This document shows, in pieces, positions 20,330 through 29,314 of a DNA stretch of 64,000 nt (positions within the stretch are counted from its first letter, which is position 1; every line of letters starts with the position of its first letter). The notes under the pieces were generated by a model, which had not been told where the DNA came from, ran no database searches, and saw nothing but the letters and a program-made list of their open reading frames with translations. The stretch spans positions 21,329-85,328 of IMG/VR virus record IMGVR_UViG_3300047548_001372; one strand, 5' to 3'. A program made the translations under genes and the position numbers. The DNA comes from a virus.

Positions 20330-22079
20330 GTTGAAATTTATCTATATCTTTAATACGATTAGAAAGATCGTCAATAGATAAACGGTACCTCTGCGCAAAC
20401 TCTGCGGCTTGGTCAAAAGACATACCAGATTTTACAAGACTTTCTAAAACTCTATATTGAGCATCTGTAAACATACCTATATCTTCATCAAATGCTTGCA
20501 GCTGCCATCGGGCTTTATAAATATTGTTAGAATATTGTTGATATGCACCACCAGCTTCAATAGCAGCTTTTGCTGCGTTAAGGTTTGCAGTTTGCAGCTC
20601 AACAGTACGTTTTTCTAAAGCGTTTACCCTATCTAAAAGGTAGTCTGCTACCCCTCTAAAAGCAAAATCAGCAGCTCCTGCAGCAGGACGAGCTAGTTCT
20701 GCACTTAACCTACCAAATGCAGCAATTGTATCGTTAAAAGATCCAACAAGTTTATCATATGTAGTAGCGGCGAGCTGTGTTTTTTGATCAAGGATTTGCA
20801 TCCCAATACCCATATCTTCTAACAACACATCAAGCCCTTCCAGACGTTCTATTTCCGACCCTAATGCTTTGATACTATTAAGAGAGCTTCTACTAATTTC
20901 AAAGCGTCGTGAAAGTGACTGAATATCGCCGCTGAAAAATTCTTTTAATGCTACTGATGCACCTTTCATACCCTGAGCAGGATCAATAATAGCTAACCTA
21001 CGAGCTGTGTTTGCTAAACGATCTACTGCAATACCAGTCTGATTTGAAACATAAATAAAACCTGAAAGATCTTCAAGATTTTCCTGCAAACTACCGCCAT
21101 ACAACTCTTGTTGATTACGAGCAGCTTGCATAATATCATTAAATCTTGCCTGTGACTTACTTAACGCTTCAACAGTGCTTGTAATTTTTTCGAGCTCATT
21201 ACCAGCAGTAATAACTGCTCCAATGTTTGTAAATACTGCATTAAGTGCATATGCTGCACCAACATATGAATTTAAACCTTTTACTAATGCAAATAATGTA
21301 CCATTTAATCTACGTGAATCGGAGTCTGTTTGTTTCTGGTAACGCGCAAGTTGTGCTTGTGCGTTTGACCATTGAATTGTTTTAGTAATAACATCTCCAA
21401 ACTCTTTTTCAAGAGTATTAAGAGATGCTTGTAAATTATTTATAGCTTGAGCATGATTCTTTGCCGCTGCTTGCGCTCGTGCATCTGCCTGGGCTTTTTG
21501 TAAAATAGCTACCGCAGATTTTTGAACTTCCTGTTTTACACGTTCTTCAGCTTGTTTACGTTTATTTAATACAGAGCTTTGTTGTTTTTCTAAGTCAATA
21601 ATTTTTGCAATTATACCTTTATACTGAGCAAGAGTATTGTTGGAGTTTAATAATTCTATTTTTAACTTAGTGAGTGATGCCGAAAATTGATTTGTACCAA
21701 TTGCAAGTTTTGCGTTAGCAACTGCTAGATCAATAGCTGCTTGCCTAGATGCTTGTAGTGTTGCTTGATAAAGCGCAGAGTATTTTGCTCCTGTAATTGT
21801 TTTATCAGTAAATTGCTCTGAGTTTTTCGTCAATATACCCATTGCATTGTTTAATTGACCAGCAGCAGCACGCTGCTTTACAATAGCACTAATATACGCT
21901 AGGTTGGCAGCTTTTGCACGTTCTTGTATAGCTTGCTGTCTGTCTAGGTTTTGCGTAAGTATCTGCGCTCCTTGAGCAGCCTGCTGCATAGCTTGTGATG
22001 CCTCACGCATCACTTGACCAAGTCCTACGTCTTTACCAGAAATAGTTACCTGAACTGTTCCTAAATCGGCTGTTGTCAT
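20292..22079 (-). CDS. Tape measure protein, N-terminal part
   Basis: ADLGTVQVTISGKD start; helical Ala/Gln-rich; DPAQGMKGASVALKEFFSGDIQSLSRRF core; follows the chaperone genes. Confidence 0.85.
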   Translation of the reverse strand: MTTADLGTVQVTISGKDVGLGQVMREASQAMQQAAQGAQILTQNLDRQQAIQERAKAANLAYISAIVKQRAAAGQLNNAMGILTKNSEQFTDKTITGAKYSALYQATLQASRQAAIDLAVANAKLAIGTNQFSASLTKLKIELLNSNNTLAQYKGIIAKIIDLEKQQSSVLNKRKQAEERVKQEVQKSAVAILQKAQADARAQAAAKNHAQAINNLQASLNTLEKEFGDVITKTIQWSNAQAQLARYQKQTDSDSRRLNGTLFALVKGLNSYVGAAYALNAVFTNIGAVITAGNELEKITSTVEALSKSQARFNDIMQAARNQQELYGGSLQENLEDLSGFIYVSNQTGIAVDRLANTARRLAIIDPAQGMKGASVALKEFFSGDIQSLSRRFEISRSSLNSIKALGSEIERLEGLDVLLEDMGIGMQILDQKTQLAATTYDKLVGSFNDTIAAFGRLSAELARPAAGAADFAFRGVADYLLDRVNALEKRTVELQTANLNAAKAAIEAGGAYQQYSNNIYKARWQLQAFDEDIGMFTDAQYRVLESLVKSGMSFDQAAEFAQRYRLSIDDLSNRIKDIDKFQLDQGESLYSRIN

Positions 22080-22088
22080 GAGTACACC

Positions 22089-22556
22089 TTATTTTTGTTG
22101 TTGTTTAAGTAATTCGAGGATTTTTGCCTCGTTTTCTACCTGCCGCGCACGCTGATTCTCCTTTTTTGCATTTATCCTGCTTTCGATAACAAGCCTCCTT
22201 GCCACCAATTCACGTGCTAACATACCAGTTGTCATATAGCCAAACTGAGAAAGAGATTTTTCACCAGTTTCAATTTGCTGTGAATAAAGAATAAGAAGAA
22301 TAGAAAGCATTTCTGTAGTAAAAAACTTTCTATTTTCTCTCTGTATTGTAGTGTTTTTAAATTGTGTGGGCGGGGGTGTATTTCTTTTTTCGCGCACAGT
22401 AATAAACCCTTCACACATCATAGAAGGAATAACAGGAATAACAGGTAAAGTTGGAGCGTTCAATCTCCAACTTTTCCGCTGTTTAGTTATCTGGTTAAAT
22501 ACTGTTGAAAGATTATTATTTCTTTCGTTTCTCTTCAAGCTCTTTTTCCACATCAC
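22089..22556 (-). CDS. Tail assembly chaperone, downstream (T-like) frame; true start uncertain
   Basis: Lies between chaperone G and tape measure; only the C-terminal half (from about MLSILLILY) looks protein-like. Confidence 0.55.
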   Translation of the reverse strand: MMWKKSLKRNERNNNLSTVFNQITKQRKSWRLNAPTLPVIPVIPSMMCEGFITVREKRNTPPPTQFKNTTIQRENRKFFTTEMLSILLILYSQQIETGEKSLSQFGYMTTGMLARELVARRLVIESRINAKKENQRARQVENEAKILELLKQQQK

Positions 22557-22932
22557 TTAGTTCCTTTAGTTTTGCAATATAGTCATCAAATACCTGCTTT
22601 GGAATACGCCCAATATTCCAGATCTCATCAGCGAGTGTAGAAATAACTTGTCCGTTCTTACTAAGTAATTGTTTTGCTTGTGCGTATGTTACTGCTGGCC
22701 GCACAATACCATGCACCAATGTCCAAAGCACCCATTCTAAATGATTAAGATTTCCATCCTTATCAGTGCTTTTTTGATTAACTTCTTCCTGCTTCTCAAA
22801 AGAGAGTGCGCGAATACGAAACTTCTTTTTTAATCCAGTAACATGTACATCTGTTTCTACCAGATCACTTTCAATAAGATATTCTTCAATTGCATCGTAA
22901 TAATCGACTGATGTGTTATGATGTTGTAGCAT
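22516..22932 (-). CDS. Tail assembly chaperone (G-like)
   Basis: KFRIRALS...GIVRP...LADEIWNI; GGAGG RBS before MLQHHN; follows tail tube. Confidence 0.8.
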   Translation of the reverse strand: MLQHHNTSVDYYDAIEEYLIESDLVETDVHVTGLKKKFRIRALSFEKQEEVNQKSTDKDGNLNHLEWVLWTLVHGIVRPAVTYAQAKQLLSKNGQVISTLADEIWNIGRIPKQVFDDYIAKLKELSDVEKELEEKRKK

Positions 22933-22946
22933 ATATCCTCCATAAT

Positions 22947-22984
22947 AAAAAAAAAATGCCCTACGGTATGTTGTAGGGCATTTT
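22947..22984 (-). terminator. Intrinsic terminator after tail tube gene
   Basis: AAAATGCCCTAC stem / GTAGGGCATTTT continuing into a 10-T run on the minus strand. Confidence 0.85.
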
Positions 22985-22998
22985 CTCCTTATCACTGA

Positions 22999-23403
22999 TT
23001 ACGCAATAGTAAAGTTGCCGTTAGCCATAAAATCAGCGCTAATGCTGGTTGTTTCACCAGCATCTTGACCAAGAGTTAGCGATGTAATTAGTCCGCTTGG
23101 TACAGTAATAGTGTATCCACCAGTAGTTGTTAATACAAGCTTCACATAGGTTGATCCTGTAGCGTTTGTTACAAGCAATGTTTGACCTGCATTTTTACCA
23201 GAAGGAACTACACCATCAAATGATCCATTCAGCGATACAGCAGTGTTGTATGTATACATAGCACCACCGTCATTGATAAATGGGCCAATTGTCTGATTGT
23301 CATTTTCTACACTTACTTCCCAAGAACTAATCCAGCCAACTGGAGTATCTGATGCCCCAATGGTAATAGTTCCAGCAAACCCACGAATAGGAGTACCGCT
23401 CAT
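22999..23403 (-). CDS. Major tail tube protein
   Basis: 134 aa, GxxGTITIG...VGWISSWEVS...SISADFMANG; upstream of chaperones and followed by a terminator. Confidence 0.85.
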   Translation of the reverse strand: MSGTPIRGFAGTITIGASDTPVGWISSWEVSVENDNQTIGPFINDGGAMYTYNTAVSLNGSFDGVVPSGKNAGQTLLVTNATGSTYVKLVLTTTGGYTITVPSGLITSLTLGQDAGETTSISADFMANGNFTIA

Positions 23404-23418
23404 AGTTACCTCTTTGTA

Positions 23419-24774
23419 TTATAGCACACTAAACGCATCATTTGAAACAAAATCTGCACTAATCGTAGCCGTCTCACTGGAGTCTTGACTTAGTGTGACT
23501 GAAGATAATAGGCATTGTGGAACACTTATTGTATAGCCATTTGTTGTTTCTAATGTTAAAGATAGATATGTTGAGCTAAGTGCACCACTTACAACTAGTG
23601 TTTGACCAGCATCTTTATTTGAAGGAATAACACCATCAAAAGAACCAGTCAATGACTTTGATGTTTTATAAATATAGGATGTTCCGTTATCGTTAATAAA
23701 TGGCCCTAGTGTCTGTGTATCGCTCTCAATAGAACCTTCCCAAGAACTAATCCAACCTACTAACGAGTTTCTATTTGAATAAAATGTGCCGATTGTATAA
23801 CTTACTGGTGAATAATGATGCACTCTAATATATCTAGCTTGCTTTTCGCTAGGAAAGTTAAACTTTTCTACTTGTAGCACGCTCAAATCTACAGCATTAG
23901 AATCGACAAGAAGAACTGGCTGTGCTTGTGCAGCAGCCTCACTTGCATAGCTTGTAAGAGAGAGTACATTACCAAAATCAGCAATCGGATTAAATTCTGC
24001 TAAAAAACTACCATCAACAGTGTTTTGATGTAAAACTCTAATATATTTTACTGGCACATTATCATATTCAATGTTCCATCGAATAGTATTTGCATAACTA
24101 CCAGCAGTTACCGACTGAGTACGAGCATTGGTTTCGTTTGTCTGTTCAGTAAGCGTAGCAATGCTGGTAGTGACAGTAGTTACCGGCCCAGAAAACCAAC
24201 GCCAAGCTACACCATCTGCTGATAGTGCAATGTAAAACTTCGTAGCAGAAGCACCCTGAGATCCAATTTTCATCAATACGCTGTTACATACTTTTGCTTC
24301 TGTAAGTTCAACCTGAGTCCATCTCCATCCAGCATCAGCTGTATAAGGTACTGCATAATCAGTACCGCCTGTTAATTGATAGGTATTATCTCGAAGAACA
24401 GAGAGTGTTGCTGTGCTGCTACTAATACTATCAGTATAGGTAAATGTGTTTGGAATAGAGAAAAAATCCCAGTTTGTGTTATCAGTTGATGTTGAAAAAT
24501 ATACAAAAATTGGTTTTTGATAATCAACATCTCCAATAGTTACTGATTGATAACCTTGAGTATTAGAACCAGCAACAGTTGTAGATCGGTAAATACCACC
24601 AGTACCAGGTGTAAAACCAGCTGATGTGTATGTGGCAACTGAGGATGGATCGTTGTCTCGCAGTACTGTTAGCAGGGATGGTGTTGTTGATACACTATCT
24701 GTATATGTTAGTAACGGAACTGCGTTATCTAACGTTATTCTACCAGCAAACCCACGAATAGGAGTACCGCTCAT
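23419..24774 (-). CDS. Tail tube paralog with a large (about 310-aa) internal insertion
   Basis: Same start MSGTPIRGFAG; C-terminal part (VGWISSWEGS...QTLGPFINDNG...GSFDGVIPS...TISADF) aligns with the 134-aa tube protein. Confidence 0.85.
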   Translation of the reverse strand: MSGTPIRGFAGRITLDNAVPLLTYTDSVSTTPSLLTVLRDNDPSSVATYTSAGFTPGTGGIYRSTTVAGSNTQGYQSVTIGDVDYQKPIFVYFSTSTDNTNWDFFSIPNTFTYTDSISSSTATLSVLRDNTYQLTGGTDYAVPYTADAGWRWTQVELTEAKVCNSVLMKIGSQGASATKFYIALSADGVAWRWFSGPVTTVTTSIATLTEQTNETNARTQSVTAGSYANTIRWNIEYDNVPVKYIRVLHQNTVDGSFLAEFNPIADFGNVLSLTSYASEAAAQAQPVLLVDSNAVDLSVLQVEKFNFPSEKQARYIRVHHYSPVSYTIGTFYSNRNSLVGWISSWEGSIESDTQTLGPFINDNGTSYIYKTSKSLTGSFDGVIPSNKDAGQTLVVSGALSSTYLSLTLETTNGYTISVPQCLLSSVTLSQDSSETATISADFVSNDAFSVL

Positions 24775-24792
24775 AGGCTCCTCACTAGTTTA

Positions 24793-25206
24793 TTAGTTAT
24801 ATATTTCAACATCTGCTAATACTGCTGCGGTATAGTATGTTTGTGCAGATGATCGTTCAATTGGGAATTGTTGTGGGGTGCGTAGGGTGATTTGTACTGA
24901 ATACCCCCCACTAATAGTTGTTAATCCTTGAAGTGCTTGCACTGCGGAAAGCAGCTTGTTCATTGCTCCACTTTGTGTCGTATCAATACTGCGAAATGCC
25001 ATAAATCCTGTCCAACCATTTTGATCAAGAAAATCTGTTCGTTGTCCAAAAATATCTTGCTGTTGGTAAATCAGTAATGGAAAAGTTGCAGTAGGTGGAG
25101 CAGTGACAGAATATACACGACCACTGTATACAGGGCCTAGTGTTTGTGCTAATCCTTGTTGCAGTGCAGACATGATTTTTGCTTGGAATGAGTGATCGTA
25201 TGGCAT
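24793..25206 (-). CDS. Tail terminator / completion protein
   Basis: GRVYSVTAPPTATFPLLIY motif; follows the HK97 gp10-like gene. Confidence 0.75.
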   Translation of the reverse strand: MPYDHSFQAKIMSALQQGLAQTLGPVYSGRVYSVTAPPTATFPLLIYQQQDIFGQRTDFLDQNGWTGFMAFRSIDTTQSGAMNKLLSAVQALQGLTTISGGYSVQITLRTPQQFPIERSSAQTYYTAAVLADVEIYN

Positions 25207-25209
25207 TGT

Positions 25210-25704
25210 TTATTTTTTCTTTTTACCTTTTCCGCGCATCCTACTTTTTATCGTTTTTTCTACAATGCGAACAACAGGAACTCTGCGTGCCGCTGGATAA
25301 AGATATGGCTGTGCAGGATGATTAACTGTACCAAACTCCTGGAAAACTGCGCGGGCATCTGGTAGATCTCTTCCGAACATAACCATAAGCCCACCTTCAG
25401 CAGGACGAATCTCCCCACTTCTTTGCAAAGCACTAGTGTCTACAGGGGCGTCTTCTCTTGCCTGATCAAGTATTTTCTTTGCTGCTTCGTAAATACCCTC
25501 CCCCATTGCTGCAAGTGCTTCATCGTAAAATGCAGCAAACGCATCAAGATTTACATCAACCTGTATTGTTCTTGTAGAATTAGGCCATGCTTTTCTACCT
25601 TTAGGAGGGAAAAGATTAATTCTACGATAGCGTACTTTACTGCCCTCAGCCTCAAGCATTGCTTCAGGTATTCCAGTAGGTACTTTTCTGCGTCTGCGTG
25701 CCAT
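25210..25704 (-). CDS. HK97 gp10-like neck/tail component
   Basis: APVDTSALQRS, FQEFGTVNHPAQPYLYPA. Confidence 0.85.
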   Translation of the reverse strand: MARRRRKVPTGIPEAMLEAEGSKVRYRRINLFPPKGRKAWPNSTRTIQVDVNLDAFAAFYDEALAAMGEGIYEAAKKILDQAREDAPVDTSALQRSGEIRPAEGGLMVMFGRDLPDARAVFQEFGTVNHPAQPYLYPAARRVPVVRIVEKTIKSRMRGKGKKKK

Positions 25705-25706
25705 GA

Positions 25707-26108
25707 CTACACTATCTCCTCAGCACCAATAATAAACGCACCCATTAAATCGTGTTGTGTTGGTACAAACACCACATCAAGAACATATGTTTTTACACTA
25801 TCAGTATACTCTAATCGATCTCCAACTTTTATACCAGTGCCATAGGGAAGCTGGATACGATAGGTTGAGTCAAAGTAGCTGTACTTTGGTTGACGATACT
25901 GAGATGATGTAGTAACACGAGATTCACCAGATCGTACAATGACTCGACATCGTACAGTAACTGGTGAGGCATACTGTGTAACACTCTCACCATCGATAAC
26001 GACATCAGGTAATCTGCGTTTGAGTGTTATTGTATCCGCGCAAAAAACATCAGCAGCAGTACGTATCTGTTGTACTTGTGAGAGTAGTTGTGCTTCAGTA
26101 AATGCCAC
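25707..26108 (-). CDS. Head closure (stopper) protein
   Basis: DTITLKR...RCRV...LPYGTGIKVGDRL; position before the gp10-like gene. Confidence 0.7.
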   Translation of the reverse strand: MAFTEAQLLSQVQQIRTAADVFCADTITLKRRLPDVVIDGESVTQYASPVTVRCRVIVRSGESRVTTSSQYRQPKYSYFDSTYRIQLPYGTGIKVGDRLEYTDSVKTYVLDVVFVPTQHDLMGAFIIGAEEIV

Positions 26109-26131
26109 AGGTTGTGTCCTTATTTATTTGT

Positions 26132-26662
26132 TTATTTGTTTAACGTAAGAAGATGTTCTTCTGCTGCTTTGATGTATGATGCGCTTTTATCTAGCCGCGC
26201 AAGCACTGCAATAAGCCTTCCAACAGTTACTGGGCTGCTAATACCATACAACTGCTTTTTGTATGCAGTAATTGGAGAAAGGTTTGCAATTGCTTCAAGA
26301 TCAGCATCAGACATACTGTTGGTAGTATCTACTCCTGATGCTTCACCATCATACAAACGAATCAGTCCACGTTCAATAAGTGTTTTATTAAACCTTCGGA
26401 ATAATCGAGCCTCATTATCGCTGTACAATTCCAATACTTCATCTTCATAGACCAGTGTAACTTTACTACTACTGTCTGGAAAATCTTTCTTATTTAATTT
26501 TGTAAAATCAAAGTTTGTTGGATTGGTGCGAAGAACAAAGTCGATTGATTCCGAAGGTTTATAGGGATTAAGACGTTTTCCACTTACCATATGAGAAACC
26601 GTCTTAATCCATCGTTCAACTACTTGTTGATCAAACTCAATAAATTGATGATTTTTTGACAT
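26132..26662 (-). CDS. Hypothetical protein downstream of major capsid
   Basis: ORF with AGGAATAGG RBS before MSKNHQ. Confidence 0.7.
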   Translation of the reverse strand: MSKNHQFIEFDQQVVERWIKTVSHMVSGKRLNPYKPSESIDFVLRTNPTNFDFTKLNKKDFPDSSSKVTLVYEDEVLELYSDNEARLFRRFNKTLIERGLIRLYDGEASGVDTTNSMSDADLEAIANLSPITAYKKQLYGISSPVTVGRLIAVLARLDKSASYIKAAEEHLLTLNK

Positions 26663-26733
26663 ACCTATTCCTTGCAGCAAACAAATGTTTGCCTCTATCG
26701 TATAGTTTCTAAAACTATACTATCAATATACTG

Positions 26734-27477
26734 TTAGTGTGTGAGCTTTAGCACACCAATGCCTTCGGGATCATCAACCATCATACCGTATGCCTGCCAG
26801 CAATGCAGCACATAGTTAGGTGGTTGAGTAGAAGGATCGGTGTAATCCTGAAACTCTGTTGCCCCGTAAAGAGCAATGATGCCAGGATTATCAGCAATAA
26901 TCAGCACCTTGTCATCAGGGATAAGACGATCAGCGCGAAGATTACCGCTGTACGCATTTGCAGGTAGCAGGTTACGTGTTACCTGTGGTAGTTCGATAAC
27001 AGGAATACCCGTGTAGCGAGTAACCTTGCGAGTGTTGGTAAACTCATTAAACGCAGACTCAATAGGAAATGCTACTGCATCCGTGTTGCTGCCGTTTAGC
27101 TCAAACTCACGAAACTGACCAAAGGTGTACATTGGTCGAAGAGCCTTGCGCGTACCCATAATAGCACGAACGTTCTGACCATTATCCAGCATACTTTCAA
27201 TCATTGTATCCAGAGGAGTCTGGGTAAGAGGGCCAGCAAGATCCTCATAGTTGTTTGGCGTATCGCTTTCGTTCCAAGTCGTGGTAAGCAGGTTAAACAC
27301 TTTGCTTACCAGATTGTCGAAAATATCAGCGCGAAGATCATTGCGCATCTGAGCAACACTACCAACTTCGCCCGAGTTAACTTCCCAGAGTGAGTGAGAA
27401 GTACCGGCGATAAGACGATCAAACACAAACGTATACTTGTCTACGAATGATGTCTGATCAGTGAGATGCTTTGAACC
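26734..27477 (-). CDS. Major capsid protein, exon 2
   Basis: GSKHLTDQ...YTGIPVIELP...LIPDDKVLI...YGMMVDDPEGIGVLKL (HK97-fold C-terminus); joins exon 1 in frame to give 327 aa. Confidence 0.85.
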   Translation of the reverse strand, partial: GSKHLTDQTSFVDKYTFVFDRLIAGTSHSLWEVNSGEVGSVAQMRNDLRADIFDNLVSKVFNLLTTTWNESDTPNNYEDLAGPLTQTPLDTMIESMLDNGQNVRAIMGTRKALRPMYTFGQFREFELNGSNTDAVAFPIESAFNEFTNTRKVTRYTGIPVIELPQVTRNLLPANAYSGNLRADRLIPDDKVLIIADNPGIIALYGATEFQDYTDPSTQPPNYVLHCWQAYGMMVDDPEGIGVLKLTH

Positions 27478-28503
27478 CAAAGATGTTCTGAATATATCGT
27501 TAAATATATTCCTTCCTATCACTAGGAAGATCAGACTATATCATCATCTCTTCGTATAGAAGAGAGCCTAACACGCGGTATGGTTATCTCTTGTGTTTAC
27601 GGCTTCCCGCGCAGCGGTTTCGCGAAGAGCTTTTCGTTCCTTTAACCGATTGTACACGATAGTTTTATCAACTTTATACGTAAAACTTGGTTGTACAAAT
27701 GGAGTGACAATATCAAGCATGCGATCCACATCTTTTGTTGACAATTGCAGATAGTATAACAATGAACCAACTTTTGAACGATACTGCTTGACGTTCCAGT
27801 CTAAGTTAAACTTCTCTTTTAATGCACTGCGTAGTAACATTTGTTCTGCATAGCAGAATGATTCAGTGGAAAGTGCAATTTCATGACGAAAGGTATCTTT
27901 TCGGAATGATCCACTATGCCATCCATCTTGTACAAACCAGATAGCAAGAAACTCTGCATCTAGTAATGTAAGATGATGTGGATCAATAACTTTACGTCCG
28001 ATAGGATACATTCTCTCACGAAAGTTTGTGTAGAATGGATGATGTCGTGATCGTATGCGTATAGTTGGTTTGATTGTTTTTGTTGCTGTTTTTACACCAG
28101 CCCGCACATCGTAACGAATACTTGTGATGTGTGATAAGCGATCTGCAATATAATCTAAATGATCAAGATGCTCTGATGTTTGTCCAAGTTCAAATCCGCT
28201 GTTTTCCTTATTCTTGCACGCAGTAACGTGCGCGTCTCCAAATAAACAAGCAGCTACAATCTTTGTAAGCTCTTTTCTATTTGGTGTAATGATAAGTGGT
28301 GCTTGAGTAACCACCTTCCTTGGTAGATTGACAGTAAGAACCTCTGTTTCTACTTCTTGTTCTAAACATACCATAGTCGTTGCTCTTCTCCATCAGGAGT
28401 AAGATCAGGATTGTCAACAAAATACATAAATATTGTTGATGTTCCCTGAGTTCTGTTAGGTGAAACATACAGTATCACTACTGTACGGCCCAGTTCAGCA
28501 GCT
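27478..28503 (-). mobile_element. Group I intron in the major capsid gene
   Basis: 5' exon ends GCCU; P1 GCCUAG/CUGGGC with U.G wobble; P10 UGAACU/GGUUCA; P7 GACUA (28378-28374) / UAGUC (27538-27534) in GAUAUAGUC; P8 UCUCUUC/GAAGAGA; terminal G at 27478; spliced protein reads TMVP|GSKH. Confidence 0.9.
27568..28374 (-). CDS. Intron-encoded LAGLIDADG (type 2) homing endonuclease
   Basis: ACLFGDAHV and LAIWFVQDG motifs, LSTESF. Confidence 0.9.
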   Translation of the reverse strand: MVCLEQEVETEVLTVNLPRKVVTQAPLIITPNRKELTKIVAACLFGDAHVTACKNKENSGFELGQTSEHLDHLDYIADRLSHITSIRYDVRAGVKTATKTIKPTIRIRSRHHPFYTNFRERMYPIGRKVIDPHHLTLLDAEFLAIWFVQDGWHSGSFRKDTFRHEIALSTESFCYAEQMLLRSALKEKFNLDWNVKQYRSKVGSLLYYLQLSTKDVDRMLDIVTPFVQPSFTYKVDKTIVYNRLKERKALRETAAREAVNTRDNHTAC

Positions 28504-28743
28504 AGGCACCATCGTGCGAACAGGATACATACCACGACGAACACGGCGAGCAATTTCATCACCAGGAGCAATAGTCATGGTGGGCATGAAAGAACTAAAC
28601 AGATCAAGCGTGAGCTTGTTTGGCTGAATAACGTCCATCATCACTTCTGCATAGCTACTGCGACGGTTAGGGGCATTACCAGCACCGCGTGCATGTTCCG
28701 CAAGTGCCTTGATATATTTCTCTTCTAGCATTGACTTCTCCAT
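28504..28743 (-). CDS. Major capsid protein, exon 1
   Basis: 80 codons MEKSML...RTMVP, GGAG-type RBS, follows the decoration gene. Confidence 0.85.
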
Positions 28744-28756
28744 AATAGATTACTGA

Positions 28757-29296
28757 CTACTGGCTAAGAGTGAATACAAGCACGCCAAGCGAACTGTTAT
28801 ACTCTTCGGTATATCCGACAGCTTCAGATTCGGTAGCAGTATATTCCCACTTACCACTTGCACCAACCTTAATCTTGTTACCAGGAACACGAATGTTTGA
28901 GCTATCAGTAAATGCACCGGAAGGTACGGCGTAGGTACCACCACGCTGTGCAGTGGCAAGAACACCAGAAGGAAGTGTGGGGTTCCACAGTGTGCTCATA
29001 CCGACAAGATACTGATTGCCGAGGTTGCGAATAGGATCAGCGTACCCACTGTTACGATCCATCACCACACTGGGATTAGCAGTGTAGAAGGCTTCACGAG
29101 TAGGACGTGAAAAATCATCTGGCGCGGCGATAAGAATAAACACGTTCACCGTTTCACCAGCAGTTGCAAGCGTAGCAGTAGGAAGATCAGGCTTGAGTGC
29201 ATTTGCTGCACCAAGTTTCACTGCAAGACCTTCCTGAAATGCACCACCTAGACGTACACCACGTGAAACGTCAGAAAGACGACTAACATAAGCCAT
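28757..29296 (-). CDS. Capsid decoration / cement protein
   Basis: 179 aa, Gly/Ala/Thr-rich, between scaffold/protease and major capsid. Confidence 0.65.
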   Translation of the reverse strand: MAYVSRLSDVSRGVRLGGAFQEGLAVKLGAANALKPDLPTATLATAGETVNVFILIAAPDDFSRPTREAFYTANPSVVMDRNSGYADPIRNLGNQYLVGMSTLWNPTLPSGVLATAQRGGTYAVPSGAFTDSSNIRVPGNKIKVGASGKWEYTATESEAVGYTEEYNSSLGVLVFTLSQ

Positions 29297-29314
29297 GGAT
29301 AATCTCCTACAATG

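Noticed and set aside
27478-27522. ORF-track starts for the 262-aa capsid ORF (27522) and 312-aa RNR ORF (37494)
   Set aside because: Those N-terminal codons lie in intron P9 sequence; the ORFs are second exons.
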